A DNA stretch of 64,000 bases from Terrimicrobiaceae bacterium (GTDB lineage: Bacteria; Verrucomicrobiota; Verrucomicrobiia; Chthoniobacterales; Terrimicrobiaceae): positions 1 to 64,000 of the forward strand of contig JBGSVZ010000012.1 of NCBI GenBank assembly GCA_041752695.1, written 5' to 3'. Shown here one piece after another: positions 18,082 to 28,180 of the stretch. Position 1 is the first letter of the stretch. The number at the start of each line of letters is the position of its first letter. Under the pieces are notes generated by a model. That model saw only the letters and a list, made by a program, of their open reading frames with translations, ran no database searches and had not been told where the DNA came from. Made by a program: the position numbers and the translations under genes.

Positions 18082-19407
18082 ATGGACTCTCTCAAACCCG
18101 GACTCCGCGAATCCGCCATCTTCGACCGCCACGCGATCCACGAGATCCAGCGCGCCGCCGAGTCGGGCATCTACGACATCCGCGGCTGGGGCACCAAACG
18201 CCGCCTGCCGCACTTTGACGACCTCGTTTTCCTGGGGGCCAGCATGTCGCGTTATCCGCTCGAGGGGTATCGCGAAAAGTGCGCCACGGACGTCTGGCTC
18301 GGCACCCGCTTCGCCCGCAAGCCCCTGCATCTGGAAATCCCCATCACCATCGCGGGCATGAGTTTTGGCTCCCTTTCCGCCAACGCCAAGGAGGCCCTGG
18401 GCCGCGGCGCAACCATGGCCGGAACCTCCACCACCACCGGCGACGGCGGCATGACCGCCGAGGAACGCGGACACTCCAAACTCCTCGTTTATCAATACCT
18501 GCCCTCGCGCTACGGGATGAACCCCGACGACCTCCGCAAGGCTGATGCCATCGAGATCGTGCTCGGACAAGGCGCAAAACCCGGCGGCGGCGGCATGTTG
18601 CTCGGTCGCAAAATCACCGACCGGGTGGCCGAAATGCGCACCCTTCCCCCGGGAATTGACCAAAGGAGCGCCTGTCGGCATCCCGATTGGACCGGACCCG
18701 ACGACCTCGAAATCAAAATCCAGGAACTGCGCGAGATAACCGACTGGGAAAAACCCATCTACATCAAGGTGGGGGCCTCGCGTACCTTTTACGATGTGAC
18801 GCTCGCGGTGAAATCCGGCGCGGATGTCGTGGTGGTGGATGGGATGCAGGGCGGCACGGGGGCGACGCAAAATGTGTTTATCGAGCATGTCGGCATCCCC
18901 ACCCTGCCGGCCGTTCGGCAGGCCGTCGAGGCGCTGACGGAACTCGGGATGCATCGCAAAGTTCAGCTCATTGTGAGCGGGGGAATTCGATCAGGCGCGG
19001 ATGTGGCCAAAGCCCTCGCCATGGGGGCTGACGCCGTTTCCATCGGCACGGCCGCCCTCATTGCCTTGGGCGACAACTCCCCCAAATTTCAAGACGAATA
19101 CGAAAAGATCGGCTCGTCCGCCGGATTTTTTGATCGCTACGAAGCCGGGAACGACCCGGCGGGAATCACCACGCAGGATCCCGAATTGCAGAAACGCCTT
19201 GACCCGCAGGAAGGCGGACGGCGCCTCGCGAACTACCTCAGCGTCCTGACCATGGAGGCCCAGACCATCGCCCGGGCCTGCGGAAAATCGCACGTCCATA
19301 ACCTGGAGCCGGAAGACCTGGCTGCGTTGACCATTGAGTCCGCTGCCATGGCTGGCGTGCCGCTGGCGGGGACGGACTGGATCCCGGGGACGCGTGCCGG
19401 ATTGTGA
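18082..19407 (+). CDS. mgsC: N-methylglutamate synthase subunit C (FMN-binding glutamate synthase family, GlxD-like)
   Basis: SRYPLEGYREKC, AGMSFG, GQGAKPGGGG, RHPDWTGPDD, DGMQGGT, C-terminal AGTDWIPG. Confidence 0.9.
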   Translation: MDSLKPGLRESAIFDRHAIHEIQRAAESGIYDIRGWGTKRRLPHFDDLVFLGASMSRYPLEGYREKCATDVWLGTRFARKPLHLEIPITIAGMSFGSLSANAKEALGRGATMAGTSTTTGDGGMTAEERGHSKLLVYQYLPSRYGMNPDDLRKADAIEIVLGQGAKPGGGGMLLGRKITDRVAEMRTLPPGIDQRSACRHPDWTGPDDLEIKIQELREITDWEKPIYIKVGASRTFYDVTLAVKSGADVVVVDGMQGGTGATQNVFIEHVGIPTLPAVRQAVEALTELGMHRKVQLIVSGGIRSGADVAKALAMGADAVSIGTAALIALGDNSPKFQDEYEKIGSSAGFFDRYEAGNDPAGITTQDPELQKRLDPQEGGRRLANYLSVLTMEAQTIARACGKSHVHNLEPEDLAALTIESAAMAGVPLAGTDWIPGTRAGL

Positions 19408-19442
19408 CCAGAGGGGCATCGGCATTCTGCCGAGGCCACAAC

Positions 19443-20051
19443 TCATCCGGGTGAGTTGCTGATGATGCTCAGAAAACGCACCGGCACTCCCGAGACCGCC
19501 ACCGGTCCGTGGTCAAAAGAACCATCAAAAAACAGCGCGTCGCCCGGTTCCATGGCAAAGTTTTCGCCGCGGTGGCGGTAGGTCATCTTGCCTTCGAGCA
19601 GGAACAGAAACTCATGACCGGGATGTCGAAAAACATTCTTCGCAGGATCAATTTTCTTTTCCGCGATGGTCATCAAATACGGCTCAAAGTCTTTGGGGAA
19701 CGGGAGCCCGAAGGCGAGCAGTTCATAGGTGTGGCCGAGCTTGGACCCCCGGCCTGCCACGGCCTTCCGCTCGCCCTTTTTCACCAAGACGGCGCGCGTT
19801 TGCGTGCCGGCACCGGCAAAAAAAGATCCCGGTCCGACCCCGAGAGCCGCGGCAATGCGCGTCAGCGTGGAGACGGGTGAGGACACCTTGCCATTTTCGA
19901 TGCGCGAGAGCTGGCCCTTGGTGAGCCGGGTTTCGCCCGCAAGCTGGTCCAGGGTCAATCCCTTGGCCTCGCGGAGTTCGCGGATGCGCAGTCCCACCTG
20001 GGCCTCGACCGTCTCAGCGGGAGGTCGTTTGACTTTTTTGGCGGCGGGCAT
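19443..20051 (-). CDS. XRE-family HTH transcriptional regulator with C-terminal cupin
   Basis: IRELREAKGLTLDQLA…LSRIENGK HTH; cupin HPGHEFLFLLEG…GDALFFDG…H. Convergent on mgsC. Confidence 0.88.
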   Translation of the reverse strand: MPAAKKVKRPPAETVEAQVGLRIRELREAKGLTLDQLAGETRLTKGQLSRIENGKVSSPVSTLTRIAAALGVGPGSFFAGAGTQTRAVLVKKGERKAVAGRGSKLGHTYELLAFGLPFPKDFEPYLMTIAEKKIDPAKNVFRHPGHEFLFLLEGKMTYRHRGENFAMEPGDALFFDGSFDHGPVAVSGVPVRFLSIISNSPG

Positions 20052-20291
20052 CCGTCCTTCTCCCAGAAACAGAGTTGAGCGAACAGAAGGAAACGAAGGT
20101 TGAGAGGAACCTCCGCGCAAAGTGATATCGCAACCGGGGCGAATACAACCTAACCGGGGGGGCAATCAAAAATGCATGAAAGAGCCCCTGCCCGCTCGGG
20201 TAGCGGTGCTGAATGTGGGCACGACTTTGACGCCTACCCAACAGCCTTCGTTCTCTTCGTTAGCTTTTGTCAATCTACCCCTGCTCCGCCC

Positions 20292-21332
<1,041 letters not shown>

Positions 21333-21418
21333 AGTCTTTCTGGAATTAGCCGGGTTTGGCGGCGTTGACAAGGATTGGGGGCGCGTGGTGGCGGGGATTT
21401 CGGGGTCAAGAACTTGCA

Positions 21419-21438
21419 TATCGTGAAATTACACGATA
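21419..21438. promoter_or_regulatory. Near-perfect 20-bp palindrome TATCGTGAAATTACACGATA between divergent recA and MFP operon
   Basis: Direct inspection; AT-rich core within GC-rich DNA. Confidence 0.45.
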
Positions 21439-21590
21439 CTCCGAAAATGGCTAGAAAAATCGCTGAAGCGGGCCGAAAACCGGATAAATTTGACCGAACG
21501 TTTCCCGCGGCAGGCCGGGTGGCGGAGCCGTTCCCTTCCAAAAACCGGCGCTTGACATTTTTGCCCCTCAGGAAGATGGCCGGGGGAGCC

Positions 21591-22346
21591 ATGTTTTCCC
21601 GCTCTCCATTTTTCCCCGTCTTCGCGAGCGGCTGCCTGATGCTGGCCGGAACCGCCCCTTGGCTGTGGTCCTCACCCGAGGAGGTCGAGGCCATCGCGAT
21701 GCCGTCCCGGGAGGTCACTCTCAGTCTGCCCATGGAAGCAACCGTGCGAGAGCTCCGTGTGAAGGAAGGGGATACGGTGAAAAAGGGCGACGTGCTGGCC
21801 ACGCTGTTTCATTCTTCCGAAGTCTTCGAACGCGACCGCGCCGCCAAACAACTCGAGCGCGCCGAGGTCGACCTGCGGATGAGCGAACGCCTCCGCCAGA
21901 GCGAAACGGTGAGCGAGGAGGCCGCCCGACAAAAGCGGCTCGACCACGATGTCGCCAAAATTGAATTGCAGCGGGCCAACGCCGTGCTCGGTGACAAAAC
22001 GCTGACCGCCACCTTCGACGGCGTGATTTTGCGGATTCACAAAGAGGTCGGCGAATCCGTCGGCCGGACCGAAAAAATCATCGAGGTGATCGACTACGAC
22101 ACTCTCCACATCGAGGCCTACCTGGAGGCCATCCACCTCGGAACGGTCCGGAAAGGCCAGAAGGCCAGGGTCATTTTCCCCTCTCTGGGCGACCGGGAAC
22201 TGGAGGCGGAATTTCTTCTGGTGGACCCCGTGGTCGAGCCCGGCAGCGGGCTTTTTCGCGTTCGGCTGGCCTTGGCCAATCCGGACCGCTCCATTCCGTC
22301 CGGCATCCCGGCCCGGCTTATTTTTGAACCCGCTCCCAAGCAATGA
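21591..22346 (+). CDS. Membrane-fusion protein (HlyD/RND periplasmic adaptor)
   Basis: N-terminal hydrophobic segment, lipoyl half-motifs VKEGDTVKKGDVLA and ATFDGVI…VGE, coiled coil, DPVVEPGSGLFRVR. GGGGAG RBS upstream. Confidence 0.9.
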   Translation: MFSRSPFFPVFASGCLMLAGTAPWLWSSPEEVEAIAMPSREVTLSLPMEATVRELRVKEGDTVKKGDVLATLFHSSEVFERDRAAKQLERAEVDLRMSERLRQSETVSEEAARQKRLDHDVAKIELQRANAVLGDKTLTATFDGVILRIHKEVGESVGRTEKIIEVIDYDTLHIEAYLEAIHLGTVRKGQKARVIFPSLGDRELEAEFLLVDPVVEPGSGLFRVRLALANPDRSIPSGIPARLIFEPAPKQ

Positions 22347-23965
22347 CCTCCCGACTCCCATCCCCCCTGCCCATCTCGGAAAAGGACGCCGCCGTGCTCG
22401 AGCGGTTGTGGAACGACCATTCGCGCGCCGTCTTCGGCGCGGCCCTGGCATTTACCGGAAACGAGGCCGATGCCGCAGACGTCCTCGCGCTGACGTTTCA
22501 ACGCCTCGCTTCCCGCGTGGAGGCCGCGGCGTCCGCGGCCAGCCCCCGGGCATTTTTGATCGCCTCATCCCGCAATCTGGCGGTGGACCTGGCGCGTCAG
22601 ACGATCGCGCGGGAAAAGCGACATGATGAAGTGGCTGCCACCGCCGAGTGTGTCCGCACCCAAATCCCCCCTGCCCCCAGCGATGCCGACCTTCGAGCGG
22701 CGATCGTGGAGTCCTTTGCCTCGCTGCCGGGCGAGCAGCGCCGCGTCGTCGAGGGGCGCCTTGTCCGCGGACTTACCCTGGAGACCATCGCTCGGCAGGA
22801 AGGAGTGCCTTTGCGCACCGTGGCCAGCCGTTTTCGCTACGGAATAGATAAAATTCGTGAGCAGCTTCGTCCCTACTATGACTGCATCACTCATCACTCC
22901 ATGAAACCCATCACCAACAAATCTTCGTCCGAAACTTCCCGCATCATTCATGCTCTCGAACCCAAGCGGGTTCCCAGCGTCGCACCCGGCCTGGAGGGCC
23001 TGGCCGCGTTTGCTCCTGACGACTCCGCCTTCGACGAAGCGACCGAAATCGAAGAAATCCCCGCCGACGAACTTCCCGCAGAGGAATCCGGCGATTATGT
23101 CGAGGTTGAGGACATCGAGAATCCCGAAGACATTGTGACCACCGCCTTTGAGTCGGAGGACGTGCCGGTCGAATTTAATGAGCTTTTTGTCATTCAGACT
23201 TTCGGTGGCGAGCCCACCGGGGAAGAGGTCGAGGGCGGCGAGGATCTGGAAAACGTTTTTGAGGATTCTGAGGGCGAATACGTTGAGGACGGCTCCGAAG
23301 GCGAGCCCGTGGATCCCCGGATTCTTTATATGACCGGCGGACCAATTCCCGAAGGTCAGCCCGAGGGTTACAATCAATCCTGGGTCTTGCGCGGTGAAAC
23401 TGGCGCGGAGACTGGCGGAGAAGCCTCCGGCGGGGCGGCGATCTCGGAATTGTCCGGTGAATCGATTGCTGATACCACCACGGACTTCACCGTTTTCACG
23501 GACGCCTCGTCCGAAGAATCCTTCGTGGCCGAAATCTCCAATGGGGACTTCCCTGAAGTGATCTCTCTCCAGGGCGAGATGCCGAATGAAAGCACCGACC
23601 TCTCCGATCTGGTGGCCAACGTGGTCGATCTCAGCACTCCGGGAGTCGCATCGGTGGAATTCTCCGAAGCGCTCTCACTGGAACTCCCGGCCGCTCCTTC
23701 CGTGGCCACTGCGGGGGCTGATGAGGTCGCCGAAAGCAGCGCGCTCGTTGCCGCGGATACCTTCGTGCCGCTCGTTCAGGCGGACGCCGAACTGGCCACG
23801 ACCGAATCCCACGTGGAAGGAAGCGGCGAGCTCCCTGTCAGCGAAGGAACCGCTGAGGTTTTGGCCGCCGTCCCCGCCCCGTCTTCCGGAGCCGCACTGG
23901 TCACGGCCATCGCGGCAGGAACCGTGCTTCAGTCCCGTCCGAATCGGAAGAAAGCCAAAATCTAG
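22343..23965 (+). CDS. ECF sigma-70 factor (aa 1-~180) fused in frame to an LEPR-like motif, acidic low-complexity region and hydrophobic/basic C-terminal tail
   Basis: Sigma region 2 (GNEADAADV…RNLAVD) and region 4 (LPGEQRRV…GLTLETIA…GVPLRTVASRFRY). Then MKPITN…ALEPKRVPS, an E/D-rich region, and VPAPSS…RPNRKKAKI. Confidence 0.85.
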   Translation: MTSRLPSPLPISEKDAAVLERLWNDHSRAVFGAALAFTGNEADAADVLALTFQRLASRVEAAASAASPRAFLIASSRNLAVDLARQTIAREKRHDEVAATAECVRTQIPPAPSDADLRAAIVESFASLPGEQRRVVEGRLVRGLTLETIARQEGVPLRTVASRFRYGIDKIREQLRPYYDCITHHSMKPITNKSSSETSRIIHALEPKRVPSVAPGLEGLAAFAPDDSAFDEATEIEEIPADELPAEESGDYVEVEDIENPEDIVTTAFESEDVPVEFNELFVIQTFGGEPTGEEVEGGEDLENVFEDSEGEYVEDGSEGEPVDPRILYMTGGPIPEGQPEGYNQSWVLRGETGAETGGEASGGAAISELSGESIADTTTDFTVFTDASSEESFVAEISNGDFPEVISLQGEMPNESTDLSDLVANVVDLSTPGVASVEFSEALSLELPAAPSVATAGADEVAESSALVAADTFVPLVQADAELATTESHVEGSGELPVSEGTAEVLAAVPAPSSGAALVTAIAAGTVLQSRPNRKKAKI

Positions 23966-24013
23966 CCCATCACTGGCGGAGAATGAAAAATCTCCGTCGG
24001 CAGGCTCCCATCC

Positions 24014-24047
24014 GAAGGCATCCCGCGACCGCGCGCGGGATGCCTTC
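24014..24047. other. Perfect 14-bp stem hairpin downstream of the sigma-fusion gene (mRNA stabiliser, terminator or REP-like)
   Basis: GAAGGCATCCCGCG-ACCGCG-CGCGGGATGCCTTC; no clear U-tract. Confidence 0.6.
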
Positions 24048-24177
24048 CGTGCTTTAGGCGGCTTGCCTTGACTGCACGCAACTGGTACTCTCTTTCTCAA
24101 CCCAACGACGAACCATGACTCTGTCCCATTGCGGAATCTGGAAGAACGCGTGGACCGGCTGAACAAACCACCGAGCC

Positions 24178-25932
24178 ATGTTTCCCCGACCTCCTGAGTC
24201 CCAACCGGACCAAACCGGTTCTGTGCGTTTTTCCAAGCGTCAGGCTGGACTGGCGGATCACATTGTCCGGGCGCTGAACGCGGACGGCATTTGCGTGTGG
24301 TTCAAGCAAGGAGCCAGCGGCAAGGCAAACCTGCGCGCCGTGCATTCCCGAAATTTCCGCCGGCCGGAATCCTGGGAAGCCGCTCATTGGGACCATTCCC
24401 TCAAATCCGCCGCATCCCGCTGCCTCCGGCAGGGTCAGGCCGTGCGGGTGGATTGGCCACCCGGGGAGGGTGTGGAGGCGGGAGCGCGTCGCACGCTTCT
24501 GATCGTCCCGTTCGGAGAAGAATCCGGAACGTCGGGCGCCGCAGCGTTTGTGGGCAATGGCGTGATGGCGGACGGGTATGCCCGCCACGGCGATGTGCTG
24601 GTGGACAGTCTCTCGCTCCTCGCCGGAGCGGACAAGGAACCCGCGGGGGCGCCCGCGGTCGATCCCCTTGCCGTCTCCCTCCTGCGGACCCATACCCCGG
24701 GGGAAGCGGCGCGCGTGACGGCGGATTTTTTGGCCACCACGGTCAAGGCCCGTCGGGCTGCCGTGCTCGAACAGAGCCGCGGAAAGTGGCGTTTGCTCGC
24801 GGCGTCCGGCGCAAACCGCGTGGACCGCAGCAGTCCCGAAGTGCGAGAAATTGAAGCCACTTTTACACGGATGGCAGCTGGCGAAAAAATCACCGGGCAG
24901 GAAGGTGGTCGCCTGGAGCAATGGTATGATGATACGACGGCAGCCGGGCTGGGCGTGTTGATCGACGGTCCGGAACTGCCCACGGAAATGGTCTTGCGCA
25001 CCTCCGCCCCTCTGATGGTGCATGCGATTCACGCCCGCCAGCCGGGTTGGAAACGCACGCTCGGCCTCTCCCCTCAGGTCGCGGATGGCTCGCGCCGGCA
25101 ACAATTTTTCCGCCTGGCCCTGGTCGGCGTGGCGGCGCTCATTCTTCTGTTTCGTCCGGTGGAAACAACCCTCACCGGAACCTGCGAGTTGATCCCCGCC
25201 GACCGCGCCACCGCCGTATTCGAAGCCGCGGGAAAAATCAGCGAGGTCTTTGTCGCCGAGGGTGATACCGTCAAGGCTGGACAACCCTTGGCCCGGCTGG
25301 ATACGGCGGAAGCGGTAGCCGAACGGGAGGTTGCCCGGCAGGATTTCCGCAAACGGGAATCCGAAGCGAGGCGCAGTTTTAACGGGGGAAAAATGACCGA
25401 ATACCGCATCGCCCATCTGGAGATGCGCAAGGCTCAGGAACACCTTCGACGCACCGAGATGGACGTCGCCCACGGCACGCTCTTCTCCCCAATTTCCGGG
25501 GTCGTCCTGACAAAAGATCTTCGGCGGCGGGGCGGAGAAATGGTGCCGGAAGGAGAACCCTTTTGCGAAATTGCCTCCCTCGATCTCTGGGATTTGCAGA
25601 TCGCGATGGACGAGGCCGACGCCGGTGCCATCGAAGAAGTGCTCCGGAAAGCGGGCAAACTTTCTGTCCGCTTTGTCTTGAGCGCGCGGGCCGACCTGAC
25701 CATCACCGCCCAGATCCAGTCCGAACACGAGATCAGTCAGATGATCTACGAGGAGAATGGACGTCATGTCGTTTACCTTACGGTGAAAAATGTGACCCTG
25801 CCGGCCGAAGTCGAACGCGAAATGCGGCCGGGATTTTCGGGCATTGCCAAGGCCGCAGGACCCACCCGCCCGTGGGTGATCGGGGCCATGGCACGAGCCG
25901 GGCAATGGGTGCAAATGCGCCTTCTCTGGTGA
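24178..25932 (+). CDS. HlyD-family membrane-fusion protein with N-terminal GAF-like region
   Basis: N-terminal soluble region (WRLLAASGANRVDRSS), TM helix, VAEGDTVKAGQPLARLD, SPISGVVL, MRPGFSG. Confidence 0.85.
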   Translation: MFPRPPESQPDQTGSVRFSKRQAGLADHIVRALNADGICVWFKQGASGKANLRAVHSRNFRRPESWEAAHWDHSLKSAASRCLRQGQAVRVDWPPGEGVEAGARRTLLIVPFGEESGTSGAAAFVGNGVMADGYARHGDVLVDSLSLLAGADKEPAGAPAVDPLAVSLLRTHTPGEAARVTADFLATTVKARRAAVLEQSRGKWRLLAASGANRVDRSSPEVREIEATFTRMAAGEKITGQEGGRLEQWYDDTTAAGLGVLIDGPELPTEMVLRTSAPLMVHAIHARQPGWKRTLGLSPQVADGSRRQQFFRLALVGVAALILLFRPVETTLTGTCELIPADRATAVFEAAGKISEVFVAEGDTVKAGQPLARLDTAEAVAEREVARQDFRKRESEARRSFNGGKMTEYRIAHLEMRKAQEHLRRTEMDVAHGTLFSPISGVVLTKDLRRRGGEMVPEGEPFCEIASLDLWDLQIAMDEADAGAIEEVLRKAGKLSVRFVLSARADLTITAQIQSEHEISQMIYEENGRHVVYLTVKNVTLPAEVEREMRPGFSGIAKAAGPTRPWVIGAMARAGQWVQMRLLW

Positions 25933-25933
25933 C

Positions 25934-28054
25934 GTGGAGCAGACCCGGATAGAACCGCCCGCGGGTCGCACGGGAAAACCTCCCTGGCGGGCCTGTGCCT
26001 TACGGGCCGATTTGATCGTCACCGAAACTCGGCGGCACGGCGAACGCATCGCGGTCGTCAAAGACCCCATCGCCCACCGGTTTTACGAAATGCCCGGAGC
26101 CGATTGGACCATCGCCCGGGAACTCGATCCAGGACTTTCCCTGGCGGCTCTCCTCGCACGACTGCGCGAAACATGCCCGGAAGAGTGCGGGGACATGTCC
26201 GACCGGGCGCTCGCGCGACGGGTGGCCGCATTGTGTGGGGAACTCCGGAGCCTCGGCTTGGCGGCGGGGGCTGGAACCTCCCGACCCCGCCCAACTGGCC
26301 GGGGGTCGCTTCGCCGTGTGGCGCGCGCCCTCTCCGCCATACTTTTTCTGCGCGTGCGACTTTTCGATCCCGAAACGCTCCTGCAAATCGCCGGCCCCGC
26401 CTGTAGTGCCTTGCTCCGACCTTCCTCCCAGCGCCTCGCCGCAGGGTTTGTCGTGATCTCGGCGGCCGCATTTTTTTTGGCGGGAGCGACAGGGTCCTTT
26501 GACCCCGGCTGGCTCCGGCACCCGTCGAGCTGGGTTGCGCTCTATCTGGGAATCGCGGGATTAAAGTTTTTCCACGAGATGGCACACGCCGCTGTGGTGC
26601 GTCACTACGGGGGAAGGGTCCATGAAGTGGGGATGATGCTGGTGGCCGGGCTCCCGCTTTTTTATGTGGAGGCGTCGGATTCGTATCTTTTTCCGCACAA
26701 ACGGCAACGCATCGCCGTCGCGGCCGCCGGGATCGCCGCGGAGTTGCTCATCGCGGCCCTGTTGGTCTGGCCGTGGCTGCTGCTGACCGCCGGCTTCACC
26801 CGCGACCTCCTGCTCGCTCTCATCGTTCTCGCCAGCCTGACCACGATCCTGTTCAACGCCAATCCGCTCATGCGTTTCGACGGGTACTACATCCTTGCCG
26901 ATGCGCTCGATATTCCGGATCTCCGCCAGCGTTCCCGGGCATATTGCGCCGCCGTTGTTCGCCGCTGGCTGTTGGGAGGATCGGGGCAAACCGTCACCGG
27001 CAGACGCGCCTGGATTTACGGCAGCTACGGGGTGGCCAGCCAGCTGTACCTCGTCGCCATCATCTTCGGCCTCTGGCGGTTTGTCTCCGTTCTGCTCGAA
27101 CCCTATGGGTTGAAATGGATCGGGCACATTGTGGTCGGAGCGTGGGCCTTCGGCTCCATCGTCCTTCCGCTGTGTTCTTTTGTCGCCGGGCTGTGGCGGA
27201 ATCCGGAGGGGAGGAAACAGGCGGCTCCCCGGCGCAGGCTCGTCCTCGGCACCGTGACCGCGATTCTGCTGGCTGCGGCCCTGCTGGTTCCGATACCCCG
27301 GGCCGTGGAGCGATCCTGCACCCTTGAAGCCGTCGAAGCGAATGCCGTGCGGACTTCCGAGGCGGGATTTGTGGAAAAGATTCTGGCCAGCGAGGGAGAT
27401 CCCGTCGTGGTCGGGCAGCCCGTCGCCATCCTCCGCAATCGGGCTCTGGACGCCGACTGGGAGGCCGCCAAAGTGCACCTGGCTCAGGCGGAGGCCCGCC
27501 GGGCTGCTGCCATCTCGGGTGGAAATGGCCAGGAGTTCCACTTGATGCGAGCCGAGGCGACCTCGGCCCGCGCCCGCTGCGATGACCTGGAGCGGCGCCG
27601 CAATGCCCTCGTCCTCCGCGCTCCGATTTCTGGCACAATCGCCACCCGCGACCTCACGCACCTGGTCGGCACCCGCCTCGATACGGGAGCCACCTTCTGT
27701 GTCATCCGCCCCTCCCGGAATGGAGACTTTCTCATTCCCCTCGACGAAAAAGCGGCCCGCCTCGTGAAGCAGGGAGCGGACGTGGCCTTGCGGACAACCG
27801 CCTTTCCCGCAATCCGCTATGCGGGATCCGTCACGAAAGATCCGTTGTCTTCCTCGCCCAACTCCCTGGAACCCGGGCAAAGCTCACCGGGCACCGAAAC
27901 CCACTATGCCCGCGTGCAAATTCCCGACCCGGAAGGTCGGCTTCGCCCGGGAATGACGGGACGCGTACGAATTGGTTGCGGCACGACAACCCTCGCGGCC
28001 GCAGTGGCCGAAGGGGTGATGGATTTCGTCAGGCTCGACGTGAGACTGCGATAG
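25934..28054 (+). CDS. Site-2 protease (peptidase M50, YydH-like) with N-terminal PqqD/RRE-like domain and C-terminal MFP domain
   Basis: LRADL…VVKDP…FY N-terminus, HEMAH zinc motif, NANPLMRFDGYY, multiple TMs, lipoyl-like EGDPVVVGQP and LRAPISG, LRPGMTG. Confidence 0.9.
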   Translation: MEQTRIEPPAGRTGKPPWRACALRADLIVTETRRHGERIAVVKDPIAHRFYEMPGADWTIARELDPGLSLAALLARLRETCPEECGDMSDRALARRVAALCGELRSLGLAAGAGTSRPRPTGRGSLRRVARALSAILFLRVRLFDPETLLQIAGPACSALLRPSSQRLAAGFVVISAAAFFLAGATGSFDPGWLRHPSSWVALYLGIAGLKFFHEMAHAAVVRHYGGRVHEVGMMLVAGLPLFYVEASDSYLFPHKRQRIAVAAAGIAAELLIAALLVWPWLLLTAGFTRDLLLALIVLASLTTILFNANPLMRFDGYYILADALDIPDLRQRSRAYCAAVVRRWLLGGSGQTVTGRRAWIYGSYGVASQLYLVAIIFGLWRFVSVLLEPYGLKWIGHIVVGAWAFGSIVLPLCSFVAGLWRNPEGRKQAAPRRRLVLGTVTAILLAAALLVPIPRAVERSCTLEAVEANAVRTSEAGFVEKILASEGDPVVVGQPVAILRNRALDADWEAAKVHLAQAEARRAAAISGGNGQEFHLMRAEATSARARCDDLERRRNALVLRAPISGTIATRDLTHLVGTRLDTGATFCVIRPSRNGDFLIPLDEKAARLVKQGADVALRTTAFPAIRYAGSVTKDPLSSSPNSLEPGQSSPGTETHYARVQIPDPEGRLRPGMTGRVRIGCGTTTLAAAVAEGVMDFVRLDVRLR

Positions 28055-28116
28055 GCCCCTCCCAGGGCATTTCCGTATTCCCTCTCGTCCCGCCCACCAT
28101 TGCGGGCCCCTCACGG

Positions 28117-28153
28117 AAAAGAAAAAAGCCCGCCGGTTAAGGCGGGCTTCTTC
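28117..28153 (-). terminator. Intrinsic terminator of the ribosomal operon (possibly bidirectional)
   Basis: AAGCCCGCC-GGTTAA-GGCGGGCTT stem with an A-run on the left (U-tract on the minus strand), between convergent rpsD and the M50 gene. Confidence 0.8.
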
Positions 28154-28180
28154 AGGCGGGAGGGAAAGCGTTCGCTTCCT

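Noticed and set aside
24072..24200. Frameshifted N-terminus of the GAF-MFP gene (LRNLEERVDRL frame)
   Set aside because: No ATG start in that frame after the stop at 24069; too short to support.
24097..26070. 657-aa minus-strand ORF; likewise 42943-45195, 20172-21368 and 51101-52390
   Set aside because: Antisense shadows of well-supported genes.
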